A stretch of 53,477 bases of DNA from Myxococcota bacterium (GTDB lineage: Bacteria; Myxococcota; Myxococcia; Myxococcales; Myxococcaceae): positions 1-53,477 of the forward strand of contig JBMORE010000183.1 in assembly GCA_049322255.1 (NCBI GenBank), in the 5' to 3' direction. The notes beneath the pieces were generated by a model that saw only the letters and a list, made by a program, of their open reading frames with translations, searched no databases and was not told where the DNA came from. Shown one piece after another: positions 1 to 8,844 of the stretch. Numbering within the stretch: the first letter of the stretch is position 1; every line of letters begins with the position of its first letter. The position numbers were made by a program, and so were the translations under genes.

Positions 1-137
1 TTGGTGATGCCGGCGGCGGCCTCCATGCGCGCGCGATAGATTTCCGCCATGCCGCCGGCGGCGATCCGGCTGAGCAGCTGATACTTCCCGAAGGGAATGG
101 AGGCTGGTTCCGGCAAGGCTGCTCCCGAAGCGCTCAT
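1..137 (-). CDS. Ser/Thr protein kinase, N-terminal fragment (runs off window)
   Basis: Manual translation from ATG at 137: MSASGAALPEPASIPFGKYQLLSRIAAGGMAEIYRARMEAAAGITK. This matches Hanks-type kinase subdomain I (GGMAEIY). ATGA overlap with the HepT stop. Confidence 0.85.
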   Translation of the reverse strand, partial: MSASGAALPEPASIPFGKYQLLSRIAAGGMAEIYRARMEAAAGIT

Positions 138-559
138 GGCTTTTCGGTCGACGGAAGCAACAACTGGCCAGCGACTGCAAGAAAGCTTCGGAGCGGCTCA
201 CGTTCGTGGAGCATGGCCGCGTGAAGAGTGTCGAGGTCGAGTTTCCGGTAGATGTGCGCAATGATGTTTCGCAGCCCCACCCATCCCTCAAGCGATGCTG
301 CCAAGGGCGCGGCCAAGAGGCCCGCCTGCGACATGAGCTGAAACGCTTCGCGGTAGGTGTGAGGAACTCCCAGCGAGCGCTCAGCGACAATCAAGTTGGC
401 AAGGTCGATCAGGTCTTGAGCCACTCGATAGACCGCGAAGAGAACCATGTTCTGCGCGTCCCTCTCGCGCAGAAATCGGTCATATGACACTTCGGCTGCA
501 TATCGATCGAGGTCGGCCAAGTCCCTGCGAAGGGCTGCGAGAAGCTCCTGCTTGCTCAC
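134..559 (-). CDS. hepT: HepT/DUF86-family HEPN ribonuclease toxin
   Basis: 141 aa with RX4HXY motif (RNIIAHIY); directly downstream of a minimal nucleotidyltransferase. Confidence 0.85.
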   Translation of the reverse strand: MSKQELLAALRRDLADLDRYAAEVSYDRFLRERDAQNMVLFAVYRVAQDLIDLANLIVAERSLGVPHTYREAFQLMSQAGLLAAPLAASLEGWVGLRNIIAHIYRKLDLDTLHAAMLHEREPLRSFLAVAGQLLLPSTEKP

Positions 560-996
560 GTCAGCAACCTCTGCGCCATCGCCTGGCGCAACTTTTCGAC
601 CTCGGGTGCGATGTCCTGGTAGCGGCTGAACACGGTCGCCTCGAACATGGCTCTGTCGTCGCGATTGGCTTCGTACAGACGCATCCCTCGGCGGAGCACC
701 TCCATGTCGAAGACCGCGTCTTCTTCGTCGAGCTCACGCAAGTCGATGGGCAGGTCGATCGGTGAGGTGTCGGCCAAGCGGCGAGCGAGCGAGCCGCGTA
801 GCGCCAACGGAAGGGGAGTCGCGCCGACGACGATGCCCACATCGAGGTCGCGTGCCGGCTGGCCCTCCGCCGCAGAGCCGTACAGGTAGGCTGCCACCAC
901 CGTTGGGAACTCGCGGAAGACCGGCTCCCACGCCCGAACGAGTCGCGCCGATAGGTCGGTCGGCACCTTCTTTCGCACGGGGTCGTCCACTGTCAC
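556..996 (-). CDS. mntA: Minimal nucleotidyltransferase (MntA-like antitoxin)
   Basis: AYLYGSAAEGQPARDLDVGIV (GS..DxD) and a later IDLREL motif. Start set at GTG 996 from promoter geometry; the ORF-track extension to 1371 looks spurious. Confidence 0.85.
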   Translation of the reverse strand: MTVDDPVRKKVPTDLSARLVRAWEPVFREFPTVVAAYLYGSAAEGQPARDLDVGIVVGATPLPLALRGSLARRLADTSPIDLPIDLRELDEEDAVFDMEVLRRGMRLYEANRDDRAMFEATVFSRYQDIAPEVEKLRQAMAQRLLT

Positions 997-1002
997 TCGA
1001 CA

Positions 1003-1031
1003 ACGATAAAGGCCCGAGCGGTGGGCAGCAA
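1003..1031 (-). promoter_or_regulatory. Putative sigma70-type leaderless promoter of mntA-hepT
   Basis: Minus strand TTGCTG-N17-TATCGT-N6-GTG(996). Confidence 0.5.
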
Positions 1032-1050
1032 TCTCCCATAGACTGCCCTT

Positions 1051-1398
1051 TTGGCTGGGCCTCGGCCGTGTGCCCTCCGGAAGGAGGTGTCGAACCTGTG
1101 CAGCGCCTTCGGCGACTCTGGGAAACGGATCGACTCTGGTGCAGCCTACGCCACCGCCATAGAACCCATCATGAAGGCCGCCGGCAGCCTGTGTTGCGAC
1201 GCCTCGGTGAAGATGTTGTACACCGTGGGCTACCTGAACGACGAGGACAAGTACACGATGTGGTGCGCGGTGGCTAACGACACGGTCGAGACGGATGTTG
1301 GGGTAGCTGTTCGTTGCGGGTGGGCGAAGTGCAAGGCCTTCGAGGAGTTCTGGCCCAAGTTCCGAAAGCAACCCGACGCCTGGTTCGGTGCCAAGTAG
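1051..1398 (+). CDS. Hypothetical Cys-containing protein, possibly a gene remnant
   Basis: Coding-like codon usage; fills the gap between the TA pair and App1; start uncertain; no family recognised. Confidence 0.4.
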   Translation: MAGPRPCALRKEVSNLCSAFGDSGKRIDSGAAYATAIEPIMKAAGSLCCDASVKMLYTVGYLNDEDKYTMWCAVANDTVETDVGVAVRCGWAKCKAFEEFWPKFRKQPDAWFGAK

Positions 1399-1407
1399 AG
1401 GCTTCTG

Positions 1408-2436
1408 GTGAGTACCGTGGACGTGATCTGGTTCGTGCGCGACGAGGAGTTTCGTCTCTTACGTCTCCATCGCGCCGCAGTCCTCACCGCGGCTGCGCTA
1501 TTGCTTGTCTCGCGCGCGGCTTTGGCCGACCCAGCGATTCTGCTCTTTCCGGCCATCGGCCAACCCGGGCAGGTGACCGTCGCGGGGCGCGTGCTCAAGG
1601 AAGCTCCCAGTCGAGGCAGCTCGACGCTCTCGCGCAACTTGCGCCGGCTGATGGCGCCCAACTGGGAGGGCGCTCCGGTGAAGGTGGCATTCGCTGGCGC
1701 GCGCGGCGAGGCGACCTCGACACACGATGGCGCCTTCGAGGTGACTTTCACCGCGCCCGCGGGCAAGCCCTTTCCGCCAGGACTGGTGCCGGTGGAGGCG
1801 TCGGTGCCCGGAGCCGTGGCCAAGTCGGCGGTGGAGGTCGTCTCTCCCCGTGCGCCGTTCATCGTCATCTCCGACTTCGATGACACGCTGGCGCTCACCC
1901 ACGTGACCGACAAGGTGAAGATGGTCGAGGCCGCGCTCCTGGAAGACTTCGACAGCCAAACACCGGTCGCCGGGATGAATGCACTCTACCGTTGCCTTCG
2001 GCAGGACAAGCCCGCTCCGCCCGCCTTCGCCTTGGTGAGTGGCTCGCCGGTGCAGTACGTGCCGCGCACCGCGCGCTTCCTTGCGCACCACCAGTTCCCC
2101 TTCTTCGGCCTGTATCTGCGCGACCTCGGGCCGGGCACCTTGCGGGACTACAAGCAACCGTACATCCGGCAACTCTTGAAGACGCTGCCGCAGCGCGCGG
2201 TGCTGGTGGGCGACTCAGGAGAGCACGACCCCGAGGTGTACGCCCAGATGCGCACCGAGTTTCCCGGCCGGGTGGCGCGCATCTATATCCGCGATGCGGG
2301 CCGCACGGAGGAGAAGAAGCGATTCGAAGGGATGGTGCTCTTCCAACATCCGCGCGAGGCGGCGTGGGATGCCATGAGCCAAGGATTGGCATCGGAGTCA
2401 TGCGTTCGCACCGCCTTCACAGAGCTACCGCAATGA
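1408..2436 (+). CDS. App1-family (DUF2183) phosphatidate phosphatase-like protein
   Basis: ISDFDDTL (DxDxT), LVSGSP and LVGDSGEHDPEVY motifs; signal-peptide-like N-terminus. Confidence 0.8.
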   Translation: MSTVDVIWFVRDEEFRLLRLHRAAVLTAAALLLVSRAALADPAILLFPAIGQPGQVTVAGRVLKEAPSRGSSTLSRNLRRLMAPNWEGAPVKVAFAGARGEATSTHDGAFEVTFTAPAGKPFPPGLVPVEASVPGAVAKSAVEVVSPRAPFIVISDFDDTLALTHVTDKVKMVEAALLEDFDSQTPVAGMNALYRCLRQDKPAPPAFALVSGSPVQYVPRTARFLAHHQFPFFGLYLRDLGPGTLRDYKQPYIRQLLKTLPQRAVLVGDSGEHDPEVYAQMRTEFPGRVARIYIRDAGRTEEKKRFEGMVLFQHPREAAWDAMSQGLASESCVRTAFTELPQ

Positions 2437-2827
2437 GGCCGCTCTTTTTCAGCGTTGCGCTTCTTTGGGCGTGCACCGAGAAGCCTCCGGCTGCCGAGTC
2501 GCTCAAGACGCTTTCTCCCAAGCCGCTGCCCTCGCTGGGCCCGGTCCTCGAGGTCGATGGAGGCATCGACGAGCGCGACGCGCTCCACCGCGTGGAGGAT
2601 GCTCCGGTGTACGGCGAGAAAGTCACTCCCCAGTGGCTGAAGGTGAAGGTGGAGGGCTCCGGGCACGTCGACGTCGGCGAAGCGCGCCTCCATCCTGAAC
2701 GAGCGGAGGACGCGGGCCTCTTGAAGCAACGCTTCGCCGACGTCGATGTGCTCCTGACCTTCGACGAAGAGGTCTACCTCGCGCAGCTCTCCGCGCTCTT
2801 TTCGCTCTTGGAGGCGTCGGGTGCGCG
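2433..2827 (+). CDS. Putative lipoprotein, truncated by assembly gap
   Basis: ATGA-coupled to App1; MRPLFFSVALLWAC lipobox-like start; runs into the N-gap. Confidence 0.6.
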
Positions 2828-2927
2828 NNNNNNNNNNNNNNNNNNNNNNNNNNNNNNNNNNNNNNNNNNNNNNNNNNNNNNNNNNNNNNNNNNNNNNNNN
2901 NNNNNNNNNNNNNNNNNNNNNNNNNNN
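2828..2927. other. Scaffold gap (100 N)
   Basis: Run of n; adjacency of the flanks is not guaranteed. Confidence 1.
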
Positions 2928-3202
2928 CGGCAATCCGACTGGGTGCGGCAGAGGCGGTAGCAGGCGTCGTTGTTGTTGGCTTGGCCGTCTCGCACGCACA
3001 CCGCTCCGGCGGGGCAGGTGCGCGCATCCGCGGGGGTGCATTGCTGGGTGCAATAGCCGCCGGGGGTCAGGTCGCCCCGGTTGAGGCAGATCTGCCCGCC
3101 GCAGTCGGTGGGGGTGGTGCAGGGGTCTCCGATGGTCGACCCGCAGCCTGCCAGCACCCCGAGGAAGCCCGCCGTGATGCCAACTGAGAAAAGGCGCTTC
3201 AC
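2928..3202 (-). CDS. Cys-rich lipoprotein, C-terminus lost in gap
   Basis: GGAGG SD then GTG; VLAGC lipobox; many Cys (PCTTPTDCGGQIC...GGYCTQQC...CPAGAVC). Confidence 0.75.
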
Positions 3203-3297
3203 ATGACCCTCCGCTCGTACTACGCGACCTTCAGACCGCATACCTGACGCCGCTCGCCTTGACCAGCCTTTGCGAGGCGCCTCTTTTCGGAGGAGAC

Positions 3298-5100
3298 ATG
3301 GCCGCTGTCCTCGAATCGAAGCCTTCCCTTCCCCCGCCTGCCGGCGGCGCCTTCCTCCTGGGAGAGCCCACCGAGCGGGTGATGGCGCCCGAGCGCTTCA
3401 CCGAGGAACAGCGCCTCTACTTTCGCACCGCCCAGCAGTTCGCCCGCGAGCAGGTGCTGCCCAAGGCGGCGCAGATGGAGAAGAAGGACAACGCGCTCCT
3501 TCGCGAGCTCTTACGCAAGGCGGGGGAGCTGGGGCTTTTGATGATCGACGTTCCCGAGGCGCACGGCGGGTTGGGGCTGGAGAAGACCACCTCGATGCTG
3601 GTGGCCGAGGCCAACGGCGTGCAAGGCAGCTGGTCGGTCACTTTCGGCGGGCACGTGGGTATCGGCACCTTGCCCATCGTCTGGTTCGGCACCCCGGCGC
3701 AGAAGGCCAAGTATCTACCCAAGCTCGCCACCGGGGAGTGGGCTGCGGCCTATGCGCTCACCGAGACGGGCTCGGGGTCGGATGCGCTGGGCGCCAAGAC
3801 GCGCGCCGAGCTTTCCGCCGACGGCAAGCACTACCTCCTCAACGGTTCCAAACAGTTCATCACCAACGCTGCCTTCGCCGACGTCTTCATCGTCTTTGCC
3901 AAGGTGGACGGGGAGAAGTTCACCGCCTTCATCGTCGATCGCGCCACCCCGGGGCTCACCATCGGCCCCGAGGAGCACAAGATGGGTATTCGCGGCAGCT
4001 CGACCTGCCCGCTCATCTTCGAGGACGCCCGGGTGCCAGCGGAGAACCTCCTGGGAGAAATCGGCAAGGGGCACAAGATTGCCTTCAACATCCTCAACTC
4101 AGGAAGGCTCAAGCTGGGCGTGAGCGTGGTGGGCGGCATGAAGTACCACCTCGAGCTGGCGCTCAAGTACGCGCAGGATCGAAAGCAGTTCCAGACTCCG
4201 TTGGCGCAGTTCGGGCTGGTGCGGGAGAAGCTCTCGCGCATGGCCACGGCGATTTACGCGGTGGAGTCGATGGCCTACCGCACCTCGGGGCTCATCGACG
4301 CCAAGCTGGCCGACGCCGCCCCCACCGCGCCCGACTACGATGCGCGCACCATTGCCGCCATCGAGGAGTACAACATCGAGGCGTCGATTCTGAAGGTCTT
4401 CGGTTCCGAGGCGGTGGCGATGCTCATCGACGAGGCGCTGCAGATTCACGGCGGCTACGGCTTCATCGAGGAGTTCCCCGTCGAGCGCGCCTACCGCGAC
4501 CAGCGCGTCAACCGCATCTTCGAGGGCACCAACGAAATCAACCGCATGCTGATCAGCGGCATGCTGCTCAAGCGGGCGGTGAAGGGGCAGCTTCCACTCT
4601 TCGACTTCGCCCAGTCGGTAGCCGAGGAGCTGACCCACAAGAACCTGCCTCGCCCGCGCATCGCCGACGAGCTGGCCCAGGAGTCGCTCGCCGCCGAGTG
4701 CATCAAGCGGCTGGCGGTCTACTCCCTCAAGGTCGCCGCCGAGACCTACGGGCCCGAGCTGGACAAGCACCAGCTGGTGCTCTCCACAGTGGCCGATGCG
4801 GTGATGGATGCGTACGCGCTCGACTCGATGATTGCCCGCACCCGTCAGGCCGCCGGGGAAGGGCCGCTCGACCCGGTTCGGGTGGCGATGATCCGCCAGC
4901 TGGCCACGGAGGCCCACGCGCGCTCGTACAACGCGGCGAAAAAAGCGCTGTGCGCCGCGGTCAAGGGCGCCGAGCTGGCCGCGCACCTGACGAAGGTTTC
5001 ACCGCTGTACACGTTCACGCCGTACGACCCCGCCGCTCTGGTGGAGACGATTGCCTCCCAGGTGGAAGCGGCCGGCGGCTACCCGCTGTCGGTCGCCTAA
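3298..5100 (+). CDS. Acyl-CoA dehydrogenase (long, ~600 aa type)
   Basis: YALTETGSGSDA, NGSKQFITN, KMGIRGSST, QIHGGYGF and RIFEGTNEINR motifs; GGAGGAG SD before ATG 3298. Confidence 0.95.
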   Translation: MAAVLESKPSLPPPAGGAFLLGEPTERVMAPERFTEEQRLYFRTAQQFAREQVLPKAAQMEKKDNALLRELLRKAGELGLLMIDVPEAHGGLGLEKTTSMLVAEANGVQGSWSVTFGGHVGIGTLPIVWFGTPAQKAKYLPKLATGEWAAAYALTETGSGSDALGAKTRAELSADGKHYLLNGSKQFITNAAFADVFIVFAKVDGEKFTAFIVDRATPGLTIGPEEHKMGIRGSSTCPLIFEDARVPAENLLGEIGKGHKIAFNILNSGRLKLGVSVVGGMKYHLELALKYAQDRKQFQTPLAQFGLVREKLSRMATAIYAVESMAYRTSGLIDAKLADAAPTAPDYDARTIAAIEEYNIEASILKVFGSEAVAMLIDEALQIHGGYGFIEEFPVERAYRDQRVNRIFEGTNEINRMLISGMLLKRAVKGQLPLFDFAQSVAEELTHKNLPRPRIADELAQESLAAECIKRLAVYSLKVAAETYGPELDKHQLVLSTVADAVMDAYALDSMIARTRQAAGEGPLDPVRVAMIRQLATEAHARSYNAAKKALCAAVKGAELAAHLTKVSPLYTFTPYDPAALVETIASQVEAAGGYPLSVA

Positions 5101-5825
5101 GGCATGCGCGAGACGGCGTCCATCCCGAAGCTCACCCGCGCCTTCCACGGGGGCCGCGGGAGGTCTTCCAACTGAAGCATCTTGTCCAGCCGCTTTTGGG
5201 TGTCCGCCCGCAGCTTCCCAAAGCTCACCCCGAACGAAGGGTTCACCCACTGCGCCCGCTCCGCCGGCGGTTTGAACGTCCACACCACCTCGCCGTACAG
5301 CGCCAGGGTGCCCAGGGAAATCGACAGCTCCAGCAAGAAGGGAGTGCCCAGCCGCACTTCTTTTGGCAGCGTGGGCGCCTCCACCTCCACCCCCATGCCG
5401 CTCTTGGAGATGTCGCGGATGAGATAGGAGCGCGAGTAGGCCGATTCTTCGGTCGCTCGCAGCTGAATGGGGACGCGCGGGTGCTGGCGAATCTTCTCGT
5501 ATCGGTGCGCCTCGAAGATGCGCTGAATGATCGCATCCAGCCCTTTGCGGTCGGTGCTCGGGTCGTAGCGAATGTTGAGCAGGTAGTTGCCCTTGTCCTG
5601 CGGCGTGACCTGCACCACCTCGCCCAGCACCTCCACCGTCTCGGCAAAGCCCTTGGCGTGCAGCTCGAAGACGAACCGGGTGCCCAGCTTCAGCGCCCGC
5701 TGGCTCTCGAGAGCCACCCCTCCCTTACCCACGCTGCGGGTGAACTCGGAGAGCAGACTTTCCGGAGTCTTGTAAGACACCCGTAGCCGCACGGGCCCGG
5801 TGGACTTGGCGGCGGACTCGCTCAA
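5097..5825 (-). CDS. Tandem PilZ-like domain protein (myxobacterial type)
   Basis: Second domain has RQHPR (RxxxR) and DISKSG (DxSxxG); first domain degenerate (SVGKGGV). Confidence 0.8.
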   Translation of the reverse strand: MSESAAKSTGPVRLRVSYKTPESLLSEFTRSVGKGGVALESQRALKLGTRFVFELHAKGFAETVEVLGEVVQVTPQDKGNYLLNIRYDPSTDRKGLDAIIQRIFEAHRYEKIRQHPRVPIQLRATEESAYSRSYLIRDISKSGMGVEVEAPTLPKEVRLGTPFLLELSISLGTLALYGEVVWTFKPPAERAQWVNPSFGVSFGKLRADTQKRLDKMLQLEDLPRPPWKARVSFGMDAVSRMP

Positions 5826-5829
5826 GCCG

Positions 5830-6480
5830 TTACTTTTTCGGCTCCGCCACCAGCACGCCGGCGGTGAAGCTCACGCTCTCCTTGGCGTAGCTGTAGGTCT
5901 CGCTCGAGGTGGTGATGGTGCCCTCGAGGGTGACCGAGACGCTGCCGCCGCTGGTGCCCAGCTTGGCCCACTCCACCGACTGGGTGACTTGGGCGTCGAT
6001 GAAGTCGTCGAAGGCGCCGCCGAACTGCACTTTGCCCTCGAGCGTCTGCTGCACGTGGCCGGCGCCGGCCGAGGCGTCCACCTTCTGGGCGACATCCAGG
6101 GTGCCGTTGAGCACCACGTTGTCCTTCTCCACCGCCGGAGTCTGAGGGTTGTCGTAGGTGGTGTTGGCGCAGTTGTCGTACACCAGCGTCGCGTTCTGCT
6201 CCACGCTCGCGCTGCTGTTGGTGCTGTCCACCGAGAGCACACCCTTGATGGTGACTTGGCCGCCGAACCGGCACTTGACGGTCACCGAGGTGCCGATGCC
6301 GATGTCGATGTTCTGCGCCGTCAGGTCGAGAATCGACCCGTTCGAGGTGCTTGCGCTGGCAGCGGTGAAGAGGGCCGAGGCGGCTCCTTCCTTGCCTCCG
6401 CCCAGCTTGGCGCCTCCGCCGCAAGCAACGAGCCCCGCGGCGATGGCTCCCAACAAAGATACGCGCACGATGCCTCTCAT
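5830..6480 (-). CDS. Hypothetical lipoprotein (beta-rich)
   Basis: AGGAGGAG SD; LVAC lipobox; strong GC3 bias. Confidence 0.8.
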   Translation of the reverse strand: MRGIVRVSLLGAIAAGLVACGGGAKLGGGKEGAASALFTAASASTSNGSILDLTAQNIDIGIGTSVTVKCRFGGQVTIKGVLSVDSTNSSASVEQNATLVYDNCANTTYDNPQTPAVEKDNVVLNGTLDVAQKVDASAGAGHVQQTLEGKVQFGGAFDDFIDAQVTQSVEWAKLGTSGGSVSVTLEGTITTSSETYSYAKESVSFTAGVLVAEPKK

Positions 6481-6597
6481 ACCGCTCCTCCTTTAGGTGA
6501 CGGGGTCGGCCCCCCCCCGGTTTGCTGCCAGACCTTTTGGGCGAACGCGTAGCAGACTGCGGCGGATCCGCGCAATTCAACACTGGCCGCACGGTTC

Positions 6598-6626
6598 TTG
6601 ACCCCCCTGGGAAGGGCGCGTATTTT
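6598..6626 (+). promoter_or_regulatory. Putative dcw (mraZ) sigma70 promoter
   Basis: TTGACC(6598-6603)-N17-TATTTT(6621-6626). Confidence 0.65.
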
Positions 6627-6635
6627 CGGCCCGCG

Positions 6636-6660
6636 GTGGTAAGAAGTGGTAAGAGATGGC
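6636..6660 (+). promoter_or_regulatory. Putative MraZ-binding direct repeats
   Basis: GTGGT-aagaa-GTGGT-aagag-ATGGC with 10-bp periodicity just downstream of the promoter, matching the known (G)TGG repeat architecture of MraZ operators. Confidence 0.7.
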
Positions 6661-6726
6661 TAAAAGGACCGAGGATGCCCAGCCGGTGGCAGCTTCGGGA
6701 TCAGCACACGGCAGGGATGAACAGGC

Positions 6727-7179
6727 GTGTTCCGGGGCGTCTACGAGCACCAAATCGACGCGAAGGGGCGAACCAGCTTCCCGGCGAAGCTGCGGGAGAC
6801 GTTGGTGGGCGCGTACGACGAGCGGCTCATCATCACCACCGCGCTCGACCCCTGCTTGCACGCCTACCCGGTCAAGGAATGGGAGCAGCTGGAGGCGGCG
6901 CTGGCCAAGCGCAACCCGATGGAGCCGGGGGTGAAGACGCTGATGCGCCTGTACGTGGCCTCGGCGCAGGAGTGCCCGGTGGACAGACTGGGGAGGGTGC
7001 TCGTTCCGCCCTCGCTGCGCGCGCACGCCCAACTGGAGAAGGACGTGGTGTGGGCGGGAATGGTGCGGGTGATCGAGCTGTGGTCGAAGGAGGGGTGGGC
7101 GAAGGCTCAGTCCGAGGCGCGCCACGAGGCCGATTCGGCCGACGTGATGCGGGTGCTCACCGACTTGCGGCAGGGGTGA
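6727..7179 (+). CDS. mraZ: Division/cell-wall cluster transcriptional repressor MraZ
   Basis: [14 protein letters not shown] and [11 protein letters not shown]brB-like repeats; first gene of dcw. Confidence 0.95.
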   Translation: MFRGVYEHQIDAKGRTSFPAKLRETLVGAYDERLIITTALDPCLHAYPVKEWEQLEAALAKRNPMEPGVKTLMRLYVASAQECPVDRLGRVLVPPSLRAHAQLEKDVVWAGMVRVIELWSKEGWAKAQSEARHEADSADVMRVLTDLRQG

Positions 7180-7220
7180 GGCTTTGGGTTTTCCAACGTG
7201 GTGTTGAGGAGACGGCTTTC

Positions 7221-7601
7221 ATGAACGAGATGGCGAGTATCGAGGTCGAGCTGGGCCCGCGGCCGCCGGCGCAAACGGCGACCGTCGCCCTGCAGGGAGA
7301 GGTCGGTGACCACGAGCTGGTAGAGCTCTTCGGCTTGCTGTTCGACTTCGCCCGCAAAGGGTCCTACCAGGTGGTGCTCGATTTCTCCGAGGTCACCCAC
7401 TTCGACTACCGCGGGGTGAAGCCGCTCATCGCGCGCGCTTCCTGCTTCCGCACCGCGGGGGGGGACATCAAGCTGTGCGGCCTTTCGCCGTACCTCACTG
7501 CCATCTTCCGCTCCGCCGGCGCCCACGACGCCTTCGATGTCTTCGGGGCGGCCCCCGAGGCGCGTGCTGCGTTCCAGCGGGCGGTCTTCGTCGCAGGTTG
7601 A
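7221..7601 (+). CDS. STAS domain protein (anti-sigma-factor antagonist-like)
   Basis: VVLDFSEVTHFDYRG...GGDIKLCGLSPYLTAIFRSAG STAS signature; GAGGAG SD. Confidence 0.85.
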   Translation: MNEMASIEVELGPRPPAQTATVALQGEVGDHELVELFGLLFDFARKGSYQVVLDFSEVTHFDYRGVKPLIARASCFRTAGGDIKLCGLSPYLTAIFRSAGAHDAFDVFGAAPEARAAFQRAVFVAG

Positions 7602-8515
7602 AAAAGTTCGAACATCGACCCGTTCTCCTCGAGGAGACGGTGTCGCTCTTGAGGCCGGGAGCAGGCGCGGTGATCGTCGACGGAACGCTGGGTGGAGGAG
7701 GTCATGCCGAAGCGCTCTTGCAACAGGGCGCCACGGTGGTGGGTGTCGACCGCGATCCGACCGCGCTGGCCCACGCCTCGGCGCGCCTGTCACGTTTCGG
7801 GGAGCGGTTTTGCGCGGTGGAGGGGAATTTCGCCGACCTCGAGGGCTTGTTGGAGAGGCAAGGAAAGCTTCCCGTGGACGGAGTGCTCCTCGACTTGGGG
7901 CTGTCCTCGCCCCAGGTGGACGAGGCGGCGCGCGGTTTTTCTTTCCAAAAAGACGGCCCGCTGGACATGCGCATGTCCGGCACGGGGGAGACCGCCGCCG
8001 AGCTCATCGCCCGCGCCGAGGTAGACGAGCTTTTCGGCATCTTGCGCCAGCTGGGGGAGGAGAAGTTCGCCAAGCCAATCGCCCGCGAGCTCAAGTCGAT
8101 GCTACCCAAGACGACCTTCGAAGCGGTGGAGGCGGTGAAGCGGGCGGTGCCGCGGCGGGCATGGCCGAAAACCATTCATGTCGCCACCCGCACCTTTCAA
8201 GCGCTGCGCATGGCGGTGAACCGCGAGCTGGAGTCGCTCTCTTTGCTGCTCGCCTCGCTCCCGCGGCTTTTGCGCGTCGGAGGGAGGGCGGCAATCATCT
8301 CCTTTCACTCGCTCGAGGACCGAAAGGTGAAGCAGGCCTTCCGCGAGTTGGAGGGCCGCTGCCGCTGTCCGCCGGGGCTGCCGGTGTGCGCCTGCGGGGC
8401 CCAGGGCGCCTTCCGAGTGCTGACGAAAAAGCCCATCGAGGCCTCGCCAGAAGAGCTGGAGCAAAACCCCCGGGCCCGCAGCGCCAAGCTGCGCGCAGTG
8501 GAGAAGGTGCGATGA
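7598..8515 (+). CDS. rsmH: 16S rRNA m4C1402 methyltransferase RsmH (MraW)
   Basis: HRPVLLEE, DGTLGGGGH, DLGLSSPQ, ISFHSLEDR and NPRARSAKLR motifs; TTG start overlapping the STAS stop. Confidence 0.97.
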   Translation: MKKFEHRPVLLEETVSLLRPGAGAVIVDGTLGGGGHAEALLQQGATVVGVDRDPTALAHASARLSRFGERFCAVEGNFADLEGLLERQGKLPVDGVLLDLGLSSPQVDEAARGFSFQKDGPLDMRMSGTGETAAELIARAEVDELFGILRQLGEEKFAKPIARELKSMLPKTTFEAVEAVKRAVPRRAWPKTIHVATRTFQALRMAVNRELESLSLLLASLPRLLRVGGRAAIISFHSLEDRKVKQAFRELEGRCRCPPGLPVCACGAQGAFRVLTKKPIEASPEELEQNPRARSAKLRAVEKVR

Positions 8516-8844
8516 GGAGCACGGGCCTGTGGGTGGTGTTCGTCGAGCTGCTCCCTGCGGCGCTGTTGTGCGGCCTCTTCGCCGCCGTCGGCGTGGTGCA
8601 CGTCACCTCCCGCGCGCTGGTGGTGCGCTCGGGGTACGAGCTGTCCCGGCTGGAAGGGGAGCGGCGTGTCCTCTTGCGCGACCACGATCGGCTCCAGCTG
8701 GAGCTGGCCACGTTGAAGAGCCCCAGCCGTCTGGAGAAGCTCGCCCGCGAGAAGCTGGGAATGGGGCCTCCGGCCGCCGGCGCGGTCATCCCCTTGGACG
8801 CCCCCAAGGGTCGAACGGTCCTCGCGCGCAAGGAAGCGCCCTAA
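8512..8844 (+). CDS. ftsL: Cell division protein FtsL
   Basis: Single TM, leucine-zipper and LKSPSRLEKLAREKLGM; lies between rsmH and ftsI. Confidence 0.85.
   Translation: MRSTGLWVVFVELLPAALLCGLFAAVGVVHVTSRALVVRSGYELSRLEGERRVLLRDHDRLQLELATLKSPSRLEKLAREKLGMGPPAAGAVIPLDAPKGRTVLARKEAP

Noticed and set aside
997..1371. N-terminal extension of the nucleotidyltransferase ORF
   Set aside because: Overlaps a plus-strand ORF and a plausible promoter; MNT domains are about 100-150 aa.
1992..3241. ORFs spanning the N-gap
   Set aside because: Artefacts of translating through Ns; the two flanks encode separate convergent partial genes.
6661..6726. Possible structured ncRNA in the mraZ leader
   Set aside because: No recognisable riboswitch or RNase P features; short.
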